64,000 nucleotides of DNA from Enoplolaimus lenunculus. Lineage: Eukaryota. Every line of letters starts with the position of its first letter. Positions within the stretch are counted from its first letter, which is position 1. The notes under the pieces are model-generated. The model saw nothing but the letters and a program-made list of their open reading frames with translations, had not been told where the DNA came from and made no database searches. The stretch lies in NCBI GenBank assembly GCA_030248215.1, contig JASANG010000611.1, positions 496,001 to 560,000 of the forward strand, in the 5' to 3' direction. Of the stretch, positions 1 to 13,700 are shown piece after piece. The translations under genes and the position numbers were made by a program.

Positions 1-1740
1 CTTGCGGATACTTTAAGATTTTCAAACATTGCTGTGTTATTTGGACTTTTGATTTCCACTGGGAAGAGTTAGGCTCGAGGCGACATCTAAGCCTTGTTAT
101 ACTTGGAATTTTATTTGGGCCTATTTCTTGGTGTGTGTGTGTGCGCCACTGTAGAAGTATTATCTTGCTGCACCCCTGTGTGCAACCCAGGTGTGATTGT
201 TTACTAAGCTCATAATGCAAAACGCAAACCCATCAGCCATGACTTCCGGTTCACATGAGAAGTACACTAAATGCCACAAACAGAACAAAATTTCATGTAA
301 CATTTCATGCTGTATGAACCATTACTATAATGGACACTGGCAAGAACTCCAAGGTATGCAGCTGCACGCTGCGCTCTCTTTAGAGTTTCAAAGCTAATTT
401 TTTGTTAAAATGTTCCCCCTTAGATTTCAGAAGCTGATTTTTTGTATATCTAAATAAATATATAGAATAAAAAATATTGCCTAATGGCGTCACACTGTCT
501 GGTTCGTTTTGTTCAAATGCTCCATTTGCACACCCCAACTTCATATTCTAGCGGCGCCTATATTCGCGTGCCTATAATTACTATAGCGACTGTCCAATTA
601 TGTTTTAGGTCACTTCGACTTATAAGAGTTAAGAAAGTGCAACGTGAACTTAATAGCGTTTGCTTGGTCAAGCAGAATGCTTTCTAAACCAGGGAAGACC
701 AGTTCAGATAATTCGAGTATTTAGCAACGTCGTAGTCAGGATTTCATTTCGGGATGGTATAATTTTAGAAAAGCACTCTTGCGATTAAATATAGAAAACG
801 AGAAACAAATGCTGTCCCAACAAGGTAGTCGGCCGTCAACCGTATATCCTATAAAACTGCCTAGTTTGGTGCACCCTTTTGAGTAATTTGAAAGGTTATA
901 AATCCCATGTATAGTCCCCGTCTACGTGCCTCATGCAAGAGATATCTTATAATGGATCAGGCCAGTCAAAATTAGTAGGAAATTTGCCTTGGACAAACTT
1001 GATAGGATGTGTCATCGGTTAGTGCAAGGTTTATAAGCAAAGCAACAGATTGAAAAGTACAAATGTTGAATTTCCCACAATCAATGCCGAAGTTAGCACC
1101 TCCGTTTTGTCTGCCTTTGACGGGCCTCAGCCCGGGGATTTTAACCAATTGATCCATTGAATATTTATTGGTTATACATATACAGTTGTAAAAATTAAAC
1201 CAAATACTGGTCATTTCGAATCGTTCAGCGGCTTTTTAAAAGCACCGAATCAGCGGCTGAAAGCAGATTTTATTGAATAAATTGTGCGTTAAATATTGTT
1301 TATCGTGAGGAGGCGTTTGGTGGACGGCACGGGACCTCGGTGACTCATAACTGGCCTGGCCTTATCACGTTGGTTTCTTCACCTGATTGTAACAAGGCTC
1401 TCAAACCATTTATTCGGGGCCTCGGAGTTTCGATCTTACGTTGCAAATGTCTGTAAAAAATATAAAAATTAGCGTAAGATTAGCTTCTGTTTCATTAATT
1501 AGAAAATTATTCAAAACTCAGCATCCTGGTTGGTTGTGTTTTAATTTTAGGTTAAACTAAAAGTTAATCCACAAAATTACATATTTAATAATGTAACAAA
1601 CCATAATTCCAGCACCAATTTACGCCTGCCCAGCTATTATGCCTAATGCACTGGACCTAATTTGACCCTGCCATATGTAGCCTCGGACAATTTTTATACC
1701 CATCTTTTGTTTAACAACATCCACTGCCAAGAGTTTCCGT

Positions 1741-4700
1741 ATGTCAGTTGAGGGCTATTCCCAGTTTGTAACAGCGTTTCTAGGGATATTTCTTCTGTGC
1801 CCAGTATTTGTCATCGGTCGAGCGTTACCAGAAGCCGGTGGATCGTACCGACAAAATGTGACCCTTGAATTTAAAAATAGCCCGTTCAAAGTGACGAAAC
1901 CGATTGTAGTTCACGCTGGAACGAATTTGACCATCCAAGAAGGTGTTGAGTTGCAGTTTGATCCTGGTATTGGAATAACCGTGTACGGTGTATTGCACGC
2001 AGTGGTAAGTCAGATGTAATTTCGGTGGCACAGTAGCCGGTAGGTCAGGCCCGTAGCCAGCGCCAGCTTGCTAGGGGCGGCTAAATTTTTTTGAGGATAA
2101 ATATACAACGGCTTTTGTTCACTTACAAACAAGGTTGACAATTTTCTAATGTTGGCATAATTGTTCCGGCGAGGGGCTGAGCCCTTCTTCCCGTTTCATT
2201 GGCTACGGGTTCGCGATTGATGGTGCAAAGGGGTCAACTCCACCTTTTTTTAAGTCAGAAAATTTTGCATAAAATAGAATGGAACAATTTAAGGAAAAAA
2301 AGTAAGGTCTCCATAGCAAACTATAAAAATTATGGCCACTCGTTTTCGGATCGGATCAGCCGCATGCGCCCCTCTTAAACTGATTTCGTTGCTTTGTTAT
2401 GCGTACTAAAGGTTCTCTAGAATGGCGCTGACTCATTTTCATTGGAAAACCTTTGACTCTTTGGAAATGGCTTCAATCCGCGTCTAAAACGTAATTTCTC
2501 TGAACGCTGTCTGATGTTTTCGACATGTATGAACAGTTTGCGCCAGCTACGAGTCAGATCTCTACGTACAGTGATTCTGGACTAGTTACCTTACGGCAAA
2601 TGCTTCTATGGACGCACGTTTCTCAGCTTATAGTGTTTTATTAGTTAACAGGTTATTTTCAACGTTATATGTAGAGGTTTGCTAACATTACAGTATTTTC
2701 TAATTACCTATTAATTAATGTTTTTGGATTGATTTTAACCAATTATTTAGCACTCACGCTTGCAACTATTTTATTTTAGGGATCAAATTTCTTGAACATA
2801 ACGTTTATACCAAGGGTGACACCACCGGATCCGGACGATACATTTCCTAAATTTCGATTGGTTGATGGACCGTTTGTCAACAAAGGCCGATTGCAAACGT
2901 ATTATTCTGGACGGTGGCGTTCGATTTGCACAAAGTTAACCAAGTATGTATTTTAAGATTTCTTTTTTGTTCTGTTGCAATTTTTAGGGATCAAATTTCT
3001 TGAACATAACGTTTATACCAAGGGTGACACCACCGGATCCGGACGATACATTTCCTAAATTTCGATTGGTTGATGGACCGTTTGTCAACAAAGACCGATT
3101 ACAAACGTATTATTCTGAACGGTGGCGTTCGATTTGCACAAAGTTAACCAAGTATGTATTTTAAGATTTCTTTTTTATTCTGTTGCAATTTTGGGGATTG
3201 TTTGCAAATTTTGATTGTAACGATCTGAGCTGCTTGAAAAATGCCAAATTGCTTTCACTAATATTTTGATATGCCTCCGAAAGTAATTGCTGTCTGTCGC
3301 GTTGGGCTCATGTACACACCCCTCCCAACATTTAAGGTTAAGGTTTAGATTTAGATTTAAGCTTAGACAAAGGTGAAGTGAATAAAAAAACTACAGATAA
3401 CTATTCATTTTAAGTCAGAAAATTTTACTCGTTGAGCTGCTATTATTGTTCGGGTTCCCCTCATTTTGTAAATTTAAATTTTAATAATTTGTTTTTGAAT
3501 CATTAATTTTCATGACATCGACTTCCTTGTTCTCATTTTTTTGTATTCGCTTTTGATTACACTTAAACATCACCACGTCATTACCCTCTGATTGCGTCAT
3601 TTATACGTGTTGAAGTGCACTTATCTGTAACATTTTGAGGGATACATGAATTGTAATATTACTCACTGAGAAAACGACCATAAAAAACTCTTAAAGTAGA
3701 TACTTTGCGTTGTTTATGAAGGACAGACGACGGGCGTAATAATTTTGCACGTAATGAAGCAAAATTCAAGGATTGCCGGGTTAAAAAGCGAATAGTTCGT
3801 GGCAGAAAAGCTCATATGTTGGGGCTGTCAGCTATCTAGATGCGTAGCCGACGCCAGGTCCAATCGCGCGCGGAACGAAAGTTTTAACCCCCCTCGCTTT
3901 ACGGTCCCGTTGCCAGCACAGTATTTTTGGGCCGGTAAAAAATATACGGCGACCGGAGATTTCGCATGACTTACTAACTAAGCTTAACTTTTGCCTGAGG
4001 GAAGCAAAATTTTTCCAGAAACGAGGTTGATTTCGAATGCTCACTTATGTTATTGGTGTATCAAAATCCAAAAATCGAATCTTTACAAACGTTAATTTCT
4101 ATATTTTATAATCTGTGTTTTAGCTGGACATCTACTGACTACACCGTTGCGTGTCGGTCGATGGGTTATAGCGATGGCGGATTTTGGCGTTGGTATCGCC
4201 GGAATAATGATACTCGTCCGTTTGTGATGCCGCGGCCAGGTTGTTTAACAGAAAACACTGATTTGGCAAATTGCCCAGCAATGCGTCGACCGGTTGAATT
4301 AAGCGAAAATTTGTGTCGTAAGTAAACCGGAGGGGTGATTTATGCATAACATTGCTTTTATGAAACCACAGACTACGCAACGAATTTTAGCTTGAAATAG
4401 AATAACTGTGACAAAGGGTTTTGTGATTGAGAAAAGGTCATATCTGTGAAGTAGTATATATTAATTCTACAACATGTGAAACTTGCTTTACTTTCGCATC
4501 CGTGCAGGAATTTCCGGCGAGGTTACGTTTTATAAAAGTTTCGGGGGGGGGGGGGGTATTTTTTGTTACAAACTGAAGAAGCGTCTGAAAACGCTTTTTA
4601 CAAAAATTTCATATGTGGTTTTGAGTCCTATACTCTACCTCTGGTCGACGACCCTGGATGTTGCATGTTCCGTCAGATTGACTAACGAAGAAACGTGGCC

Positions 4701-7700
4701 ACGTATATTTTTTATGTTATTTGCTAGAAGTATAGCGCATTTCCAATATCAGCCATGCAACACAAGTGGAGTTGTACATATGCGCAACTACGGATATTAT
4801 AGTTTGAATTTTATTTCGCAGAATGAAACAATCCTTCTACCACATTTCAGAGGCAGCTACGGATACTATAGTTTAGATTGAATTTTATTTCGCAGAATAA
4901 AATGATCCTTCTACCATACTTCAGAGGGCGAAGACGATTTGGCCTTAGTTTGCTGGGGTCCACCGCTGTTCGCAGGAGCGCAATCTCATTGGCGAGGGAT
5001 CCAGTTTTTGGACGCACCTTGGAGTTTGTATCCTGCAGACGATCCGAATGGTATCGCGGCGAAACGCGTGTCGCAGTCGCGTCTTGAGTTTGTGACCATA
5101 TCGCTTGCCGGATACAACGGGTAAGCAACGGTGGCTCATGTACATTTCCATCTGATTTAAGATTAAGATTAAAACTTCGGTTTCGGATCTGGTTTTAATT
5201 AAGGTAAAAGTTTGCTTAGGCTCAGGCTTACACGTAAGTACAGTGTTAGGCAAAGATTTAGGGGTAGGCCTAGGTTTAGGTAAGACTTTTCAGAAACCTA
5301 AGCCTAAGCGTGAATCTAAGCTTAAGCCTGCGGGGAATAATGTAGTGTTATTTTTTGGCTTTGACAAAAATTAAATTTATCATTTAGTCAGATGTGGAAG
5401 GGTGGTACTATACCTTTGATGACGTCCGGTGCGTACGTCACCGTGCGGTATCGTATGTGAATTCGCCGGGTGGCGCCGCACAAGTATACGCCACCCTAAG
5501 TCGGTTCTTTGATAATTGCCGAAAATCAATAATAAACTTGAGAATTTTTTTATTTTCAAGAGTTATCTAACAATGCGCTTATTGTATCGCATGTTTTTAT
5601 TCAAATAAAAAAAGCGAAATAAATATTAATAATATATATTTTGACTTTTGCGACAATGGAAATGATTAGATGTTAAAAATTTTCAGTGACACAAAAAATG
5701 GAACTGCAGCCATATATGCCCGCGGCGTTCCACCAGTAATAAACTATGTCAATGTCCTTCATAGCGCCGGCGATGGAATGCGATTCTTCGATGCATACGG
5801 TCCGGTTGAAATCACTAATTCAACAATTAGCTACAACCGTGGTACGTTTTACGAGCGTACGCGAAATTAGGTTATATCCCCTCTCGAAATGCCAGGAGAG
5901 ACAAGAAGAGACACTTGTTGTACGTTACGGTTTAAAATAACATGCCGGATCCTAAAGGTGACAAAAATTTTACTCGCTGTGGTCGCTCGAAATCCCACTT
6001 AGTCACGCATCCTCTCAAAATGAAATCCTGCCTTGTGCGCCCCCCATGGTTACACTAAGGAAGCTACAGATTTGAGGGATTTTGCCTAGTTTTTATTGCT
6101 CCGAAATGTTTTGTAGAGGAAGGAAGGGGTTTTTGTCAGCAAAATTTAGACTGCGGGCATTAAAAAATTTGAATTGGGCATCTAATCATTAAAGTTTAAG
6201 CAACGGATGTATCACACTTTTGTTCACCTTCTCAGACACCCATGATGGGCGAAATTTTTAACCATAAAGTCATATCTGGTTAAGTGTGGTGCATTTACAC
6301 TTTGATTAAAGACTTGTTGAATTTGAATTTCGATTCTGTACTCAATTTCACCTCAGGGCACAGCAATTTCTAGTAGGGACTTGACCGCAATTGATAAACG
6401 GCTCACGAAATACAGACATGGCTTAATTCTAATTGGTTGTACATTTTAGGTCATGGTGTGGTTGTTCATAACACAACTGACGGCCGCGTATTTATCAATC
6501 AGACACGAATCCAACACAATTTCGGCGACGGAATTCAATACAGCGTTAAACGTGGACTATACTTTCAACCTGCCTTAGGTTTGTTTCTGGGTGGAGATGT
6601 GCTTGTCGTGCGGTGCCGTGAGACGGGTGCACGGCGCCGCAAAGCATAAAATTTATTCGCAATGCAGGACTACGCCGGACAGTATTGAAATTGCAATAAA
6701 GTATGACGTCACCCATATGGTGCTATATTCGTTCTTTCATTTTATTTTATGACGGAAATAAACGGTATTATAGAATTTTCAGTATACCACGCAATCGGGT
6801 TACGACTTAAATTGGACCAAAAAATAATGGTACCATTAACCAGAATTGTAGCGTTATTAGATTGTCAAGGTATTTCCGATGTGGTATAAAACCCACAAGA
6901 TCTGCCAGTTTTGATATAGGAGCGTAACTGGAATTTTGGAAACGAAAGCGTAAATACGGTCTATATAAGTTTTGAACGGAAGAAATTCCTTCGTTGTTAA
7001 ACATAAAAATTTCCTCACAACTTTTGGACAAAACTCGCCCAGATGGCATTAATTATTGTACTTTATCCGTCCAGTATGTATGCTGAAAAATTCAGCACTA
7101 TGTATATTTTTGCCTATTTTTCGTACTTTTATATTTTTACGTCATAGTGGCAACGACTGTATTTTTAAGTGTTTTACATAATTTGCAAGCAAAGTTGAAA
7201 CATTAGTAGAGGGATGCAAAATTGTCCTGAGCTGGTTGAACATCGGCCCTTCGCTTTCTGCCTTTGATTACAGACCCGTACATGATTATTGAATATCTGT
7301 TGTTTCAAATTACAATATCCGTTAAACCATATATAGTGCTCTAAATATGTGAATTATATAACCATCGTGCACTTTTCTTCTCAAATTTTACAGCGTATCA
7401 ACTACATTTTTAGTTCGTATTTTCAGGACCCGCCAGAGGGACAGCCTTGAATTACTACGAACCATTTCGGCCAGATTTCAACATGTGTTTTGCGCATTCC
7501 GATCCTACACGCGACTATTATCCTAAATTAGTCGAAGCGTATTTAGAAAACGGGACGTACATTGATCCGGGAATTACTACGTATCCATGTTACGCGGTAC
7601 GTTTAGGATTGCGATATACTTTTATTATTTTCATTCCGTCCGTCATCCGTACGTCGCCGTCTGTCGTCCTAACGGCGTAGTCCGTCACAGTCCGCGACGG

Positions 7701-10700
7701 TGGGATATTTGCGGTATCGTACGCTATTTACTTACGATATCGTATGGTGAAAGACGGTGACGGATGGCGCCGTATGGCTGACGGATGGCGCCGTACGGGT
7801 GACGGACGGCACCGGATGAGTGATGGACGTTGACGCGCCACGCCGTACGACAAATGTAGCACAACCTTTAGACTGTTGTACAAACAGTAATAGAATTAAA
7901 ATAATAGATATTTGTTTTAAGGCATGTAACCAGAATTTCATTTCGTTTGGTTACAAACTTATGTGAGGAATATTTTTGGTTTATTTGGGTCCAGACGGTT
8001 AGTTAAATATGCTTTTTGATATTTCTTCATAATTTGGGGATATATCTCTTTTATTTATTCCCCTGTTCGTTTTCGGTAGAAATCAATGCCTGTTTCCATT
8101 ACACAAGCACCAAAATGTGTATCTTTTAAAAGTTTAACAAAAACTTGCATTGCATTGTTATAGATTTTTCGATGTACATCTAAATTTAATCCTCTAAGCC
8201 TGAGCAAAAAAAATTAGTCTAAAGCTTAAGCTGACTCTATTGCATTCTCCTAGAAAAACGTTCCGCCCGTGAGCTTTACATGAGCAACATAATATAATTC
8301 AAAACGGATTATTTCCATGCGTTGATCGATTTTACCATTTCAAAGCTGCTACCAGATTAGCGATGATTATAAAGCTTTTAACGAAGTTTATCCTATGATT
8401 AAGTTTGACAACTTAAAAATTTTGGGTAATTTGAAAAAAGAGAAATTTAAAATAGAATTATCGTCGTGGTACTGTGTCAATTTAATGATGCAAAGCAAAA
8501 TGTAGTATACAGACGTGAATGGCAAGATACGCTATGTTTAAATTTTAACCGACCTTGAACTACAGTTTAAAATTTCCACAACAACACGATACATGTGAAT
8601 TCATTTCAATTTTAGTGCGCTAGAATTGCGATGTATATCCATGCTGACACTTGAAAATCAGGGAATAAATACTAATGTATAATAATAAACTAAAAGTACC
8701 AAAAACACCAATATGAATGATATACCAGTTATAGTGGGACAACACGTATTGAGAGAAGCTCGGAGCCTTTTACTGACAGTATGCTCAAATGCAATAATTG
8801 GAATGTTCATATGGTAGTTAGCAAGTATACTACTCATTTACATGTATAGAATGTTTCGGCAAAGGTAATATGCTAGTTGTGAAGCTAACGCTTTCAAACT
8901 CTTGCATTTGTAAGCGCTATAGGTATTTAACTTTCGCATACCGCAACACCCAGTGCCGGAGCAGGCGAAATTAAATAGCTTATAAATTCTTGATATTCCC
9001 GTCGGAAGGACAGACAGACAGACGAACGGGTAACTACGTTTCGACCCCAAGTATAAACATAAAGTGGTTCGCGAAACTCCTAGCTTCGCTCAGAGTTTCG
9101 TTTCAATCACTTATTTGTTACTATTTTTGTAGCGATTATAAAACCTTTCAGCTAGCTGGGGCGTAGCTAGGATTTTATACCGGGGGGAAGGGGGGTTGGA
9201 TAACATAGTTTAAATTTGTTTGTGAGCGAGAGGTATTTTTAACTTCTGCAGGTTATTTTTATTCAACAGCCAGTAAAAAGTGCATTTTTGAGACCATACA
9301 GCTTCCAGTTCTGCCCTTGTATACGCCTCTTGAAGCCGGCCTACCTTGCTGCGTGGAGGCGAAAATTATTTAGAACGGGCTTTTTACGGCATTCGATAGT
9401 CACAAGCGTATTTGATACATTCGAGACACGGCAAAATTTTTTGCCCCTGGCCACCCGCGAAATATGGGCCCCCGTTATAAGATACTAGAATTGTCCACAA
9501 TTGTTTACTTTTCCAAAACGACTACTAATAATGTTACGAGACAATAACCGGCTGATGAATGACTGCCGGCTCCGCTACCTACCCAGTAGCAAATTTCATT
9601 CATTAACGGGCAATTGTATGTTTACAAATTGGTTTGGCTCAAGATCTATCCAGTCGCAGACTGACGACTTGTTATGTATAATTTAATATTGAGAACAACT
9701 TGGGTTGACTTCAGAAATTTACAAATACAATCAACATCGTTCATTTATAAAGATCATCTAATCAACACTTTTGTTCACGCTCAGAAAACTCAATATTAAA
9801 TATTGCTCCAAAAATATAATTCATTAAACTATTCAACTGACTCACGGAATAAATCCTTCCAGGGGCAGTCAGAATTTTGGAAATGGAAGGGTATGTTTCA
9901 AAGAAATCCAACTGGGTTTGTGTTGCGTTGCCATTTGATAGAGTTTTAGGGCAAAAGTCACGAAGGAATGTTTAACCGCCAACCCACTCGGACTACGCCC
10001 TAATGCATAAATCGTTGCTTGGGTGTTAGTAGTCGAAAATGATCTAGAAATACTTAAATCATACATACGTAATTTTCCAATTTTCCAATATATAACTTAG
10101 AGTAGATTCAACCAAGAGTGGATGATCACTCTAACAAGAGTGTGCAACTACCGAAATTTGTGTGTGGTATGAAATGTACCACGGGGCGCGGTATTTTTGG
10201 CGTGGTTGATGTTTGAAATATAAAATGCGCATGCTTTTAGTAATATTTCAACGCGTAAAATTGAAATAATTGTCAAACTTGAACCCCCTCTGAATAAGGA
10301 GGGAGGGGTAGGCGAAAAACGCAACGCGTGCCAGGTACATTCTTTAATACACAGAATGTACCCAGTTGCACACTCTTGTTGTAAAGAGTGATCATCCACT
10401 CTTGATTCAACTAATTGAAAATAATGTTAAATGCTAAAATGGTACGAAAGTTGTCACAGAGAAGTAGTTATTTAGCGTTGCAAAAGAAAACATTCACTGC
10501 ATAATATGCTTCCCTAGCGGATCCAGGAATACAGGTACGATTGGAAGTTGTGCATTCGATGAACAGTGGACAAATATTTAATATGTAACATATAATAAAG
10601 TGATTATAAAATTTTTGCACATGCGACGAAGTTTCGACTAAAATATAATTTTCAACGTTTTGCGTTGGACTGTTCTCATAACTTTTTAATTTTTCAGACT

Positions 10701-13700
10701 TTGAAAATTCCGTCAAACCGTCTATACACGTACACAATTCAATTCGTGGACGTTCGAAACGGAAACCGTGACTCACGCCACGATGGGTCGGCCGCGCGTG
10801 GGAACACAACGCTTGTCGTATGCGACACTGGCCCTGATTGCCGCGACCCTGTGTATCGATTTCAAATTTTTGACGGTGTCTATCCGCCAAATTTGGTCGC
10901 TCAGTAAGTTTCATAATTGCTTGCAATTTATTTCTGCTGAAAGGCGATGCGCAACGGAGGAATACAGCAGATTTGAGTGTCTCAATTAATTAAAAGATGA
11001 GCTGCTAAGAAATCGACGCTTATGCCGCTTTTGCAATCAAGGTGTCTGCTCTTGTACACTAACCACTTAAGCGTAGGATGAGGCTTAGATTCTGGAAATG
11101 GCATACTTAAGCCTAATCCTAAGCCCAAACGACGTTTGTCTTAAACTTTGCCTAAACCTGAGCCTGAGCCTAACCTCAAATGTGGGGTGAAGTGTACATG
11201 AGCTAATGGGTCAGATAATTTAGCTCGCTTACGATACTCAGTCATAAAATCTCTTCTTAACTAAAACTAAATATATTCCTTCTTGAAACTAATCTTAGTT
11301 CGACCTGTTACCTGATTCTGTTGTAAAATAGTACCTGGTTGTGTACATTTTTTGCCTGATCCATTTTAGCCCTTTTGTAGGCATACGGATAATGTTTAAG
11401 TTATATAGTGCATTGCGTCTACAGTTGATATAAAGTAAACATTCCCCAGATAAATCCAACTCGAATCTGCAATTGGTCACCCGATAGCTGACAAAGCGTA
11501 GGTATAATCTTAATCCTAAGTGTATGCCCAATTGGCCACAAATTGTCGGGTATATGAGCGGTCGGCTTACGACCTACCGGTCGACGAGATGTCCCAGGCG
11601 ATGAAATATCATTATACTCTTGAACCTTGGCATAGCACTATGCAAATTACAGTAGAAAAAATGCAACTACTTTCCTTCAAATTTACTGGCATTGAATGTT
11701 TTAGGAACAAAGGCAGTGGGATGTGGATCGGATTGAAGCATGAAGGCGCTCCGCGCGGGATTGTTGAACGACCCATTCGAGTCGTAATGAGAATACATGC
11801 TCAGATAAAGGGTACGTTTATAACCGTAAAAATTTTGTTCGTTTTTAAACTGCAAATAATATGTAGCAGAACCTGGCCAACCGAATGATTTTTTAATTCT
11901 CGTCGAGTCTTGCGAGGAGCGTCAGAGTGTAAACATTTCATTAGGTCTACTTGGTCTTTTATTGTATTTTTTATGCGTACCTGTGTATATGTTGATCTCA
12001 ATTCTGTGATGATACAATTTATGGTTTTGATTTCTGGTTCACCTTAACATGGGATCCGGCTGGTACGTGCAGTAATGGTAGCTGGGCTTCCTGAGTTCCG
12101 AAAGCATTTTTTATAGCTCAACTCGGCTATAAAGATTAAAATTTTCTGTGCTAAACAGTACCGTAGCCAAGATTTCCGTTCGGGAGTGCATTATTTCATC
12201 TGCAAGAACCGGATGTTAACAGGATATAACATCCCAATTTGTGTACTACTTGAAATATTTGTGCCTTGCAACAACTGCATGTCTGTTGAACTAAATGGTT
12301 ACCTAGGTTGGATTTGTCAATTCGGCGCGTTAAACTAAACTTCTTAACTTTCTCAGAATGCAATGCAATAAAATGTTTAATATCTGTGCTTGTAAAAAGC
12401 GGTTTTATTATACTCAGACCAACGTTGTGAATATCCGGTATCCCGTTGGTTTATACCGGATACCGGAACAGCATCTTTTTGGAGAGTGGTGGGGATACAT
12501 ATCGCATTCCTCGCTTTGTATACGACTCAATTACTGAATCCAAATTCTACATTCCAATGTAACGTTCCAGCGGTGTCCGAGTCTCTGAGTCTGATTACTT
12601 ATTACTAGTAAACTAAAGAAATTACAGATCAAGTCATTTATGGCCTCAACGTGTCAAATTCACGAGTGACAGATAATCTTGGTAAAGGTATATACGTCTA
12701 TCGAATGCGAGATCGTACAGTTATAAATAATGTAACTTTGGAACGCAACGAACACATCGCAGGGTTACATATCGAGCAAGGCGTGGGTGATATATGGGTA
12801 AACAACAGTCGAATTAACAATAACCTGGGGGACGGAATCAATATAACGTATGCTGGCGGATCAATCATCGTTAACGGTACTTCATTGTCTGAAAATTTAA
12901 TGCGCGGTATTGCAATTCATTACAACGAAACTGTTGGACAATTTATGCCTCTGGTTCAACAAATACTGATTAAAGGACGCCGCTCAAATTCAAAAGAAAC
13001 ACCGACACGAATAGCTGGTAATCAGTGGGGTGGAATATTGGTGGGCAATTTTTGTTCGAACGCTTGGATTTCACTTCCGCGTCGTAAAGTCGCTGTCAAT
13101 TATGTGGATTTAGACTCAAACCAGTATCATCCAGCGTTCGAGTATCATTCTTGCCAACGAGATACCGTTACTCAGACGTATTTGGAGCTATCTGGATCGC
13201 GGTGTACCCGGTCAACTGGGTTTTGCGTCCGGTTAGCTCCAGCGGTCAACCTGGACGCAGTACTGGCCGATAATCGTTTCTATAACAATTATCGTTCAGT
13301 ATTGATTATTCGTAACCGAGAGCATCCACAACTGGCACACTTGCCAGCGACCCTCCGGTTCACAAATAATCAATTCAAACACAACACTGGCGGTCCGTTT
13401 GTCGCCAGTGTTGGTTTGAACGAAGACGTTGCCGGTCGCTACAAGCAACGTGCTGAATTGAACGGTCGCAACGAATTTCGCGATAACAAAGTGGTCAATC
13501 CGTACCCACATTTGAAACCGCGAAATCAACCCTATGCCGCGTTAATTATATCATCATCAAATGTTATTCTACAACGAAACTGTTTCGACAATCGCGAATC
13601 TCGGTATGAATTAGCGACCGATCTTGCAGAACACGCAAAATCCATTGTGGCCACTGAAAATTCGTGGGGTTACGCGACACCGCAACAGTTTATGCCCCGA

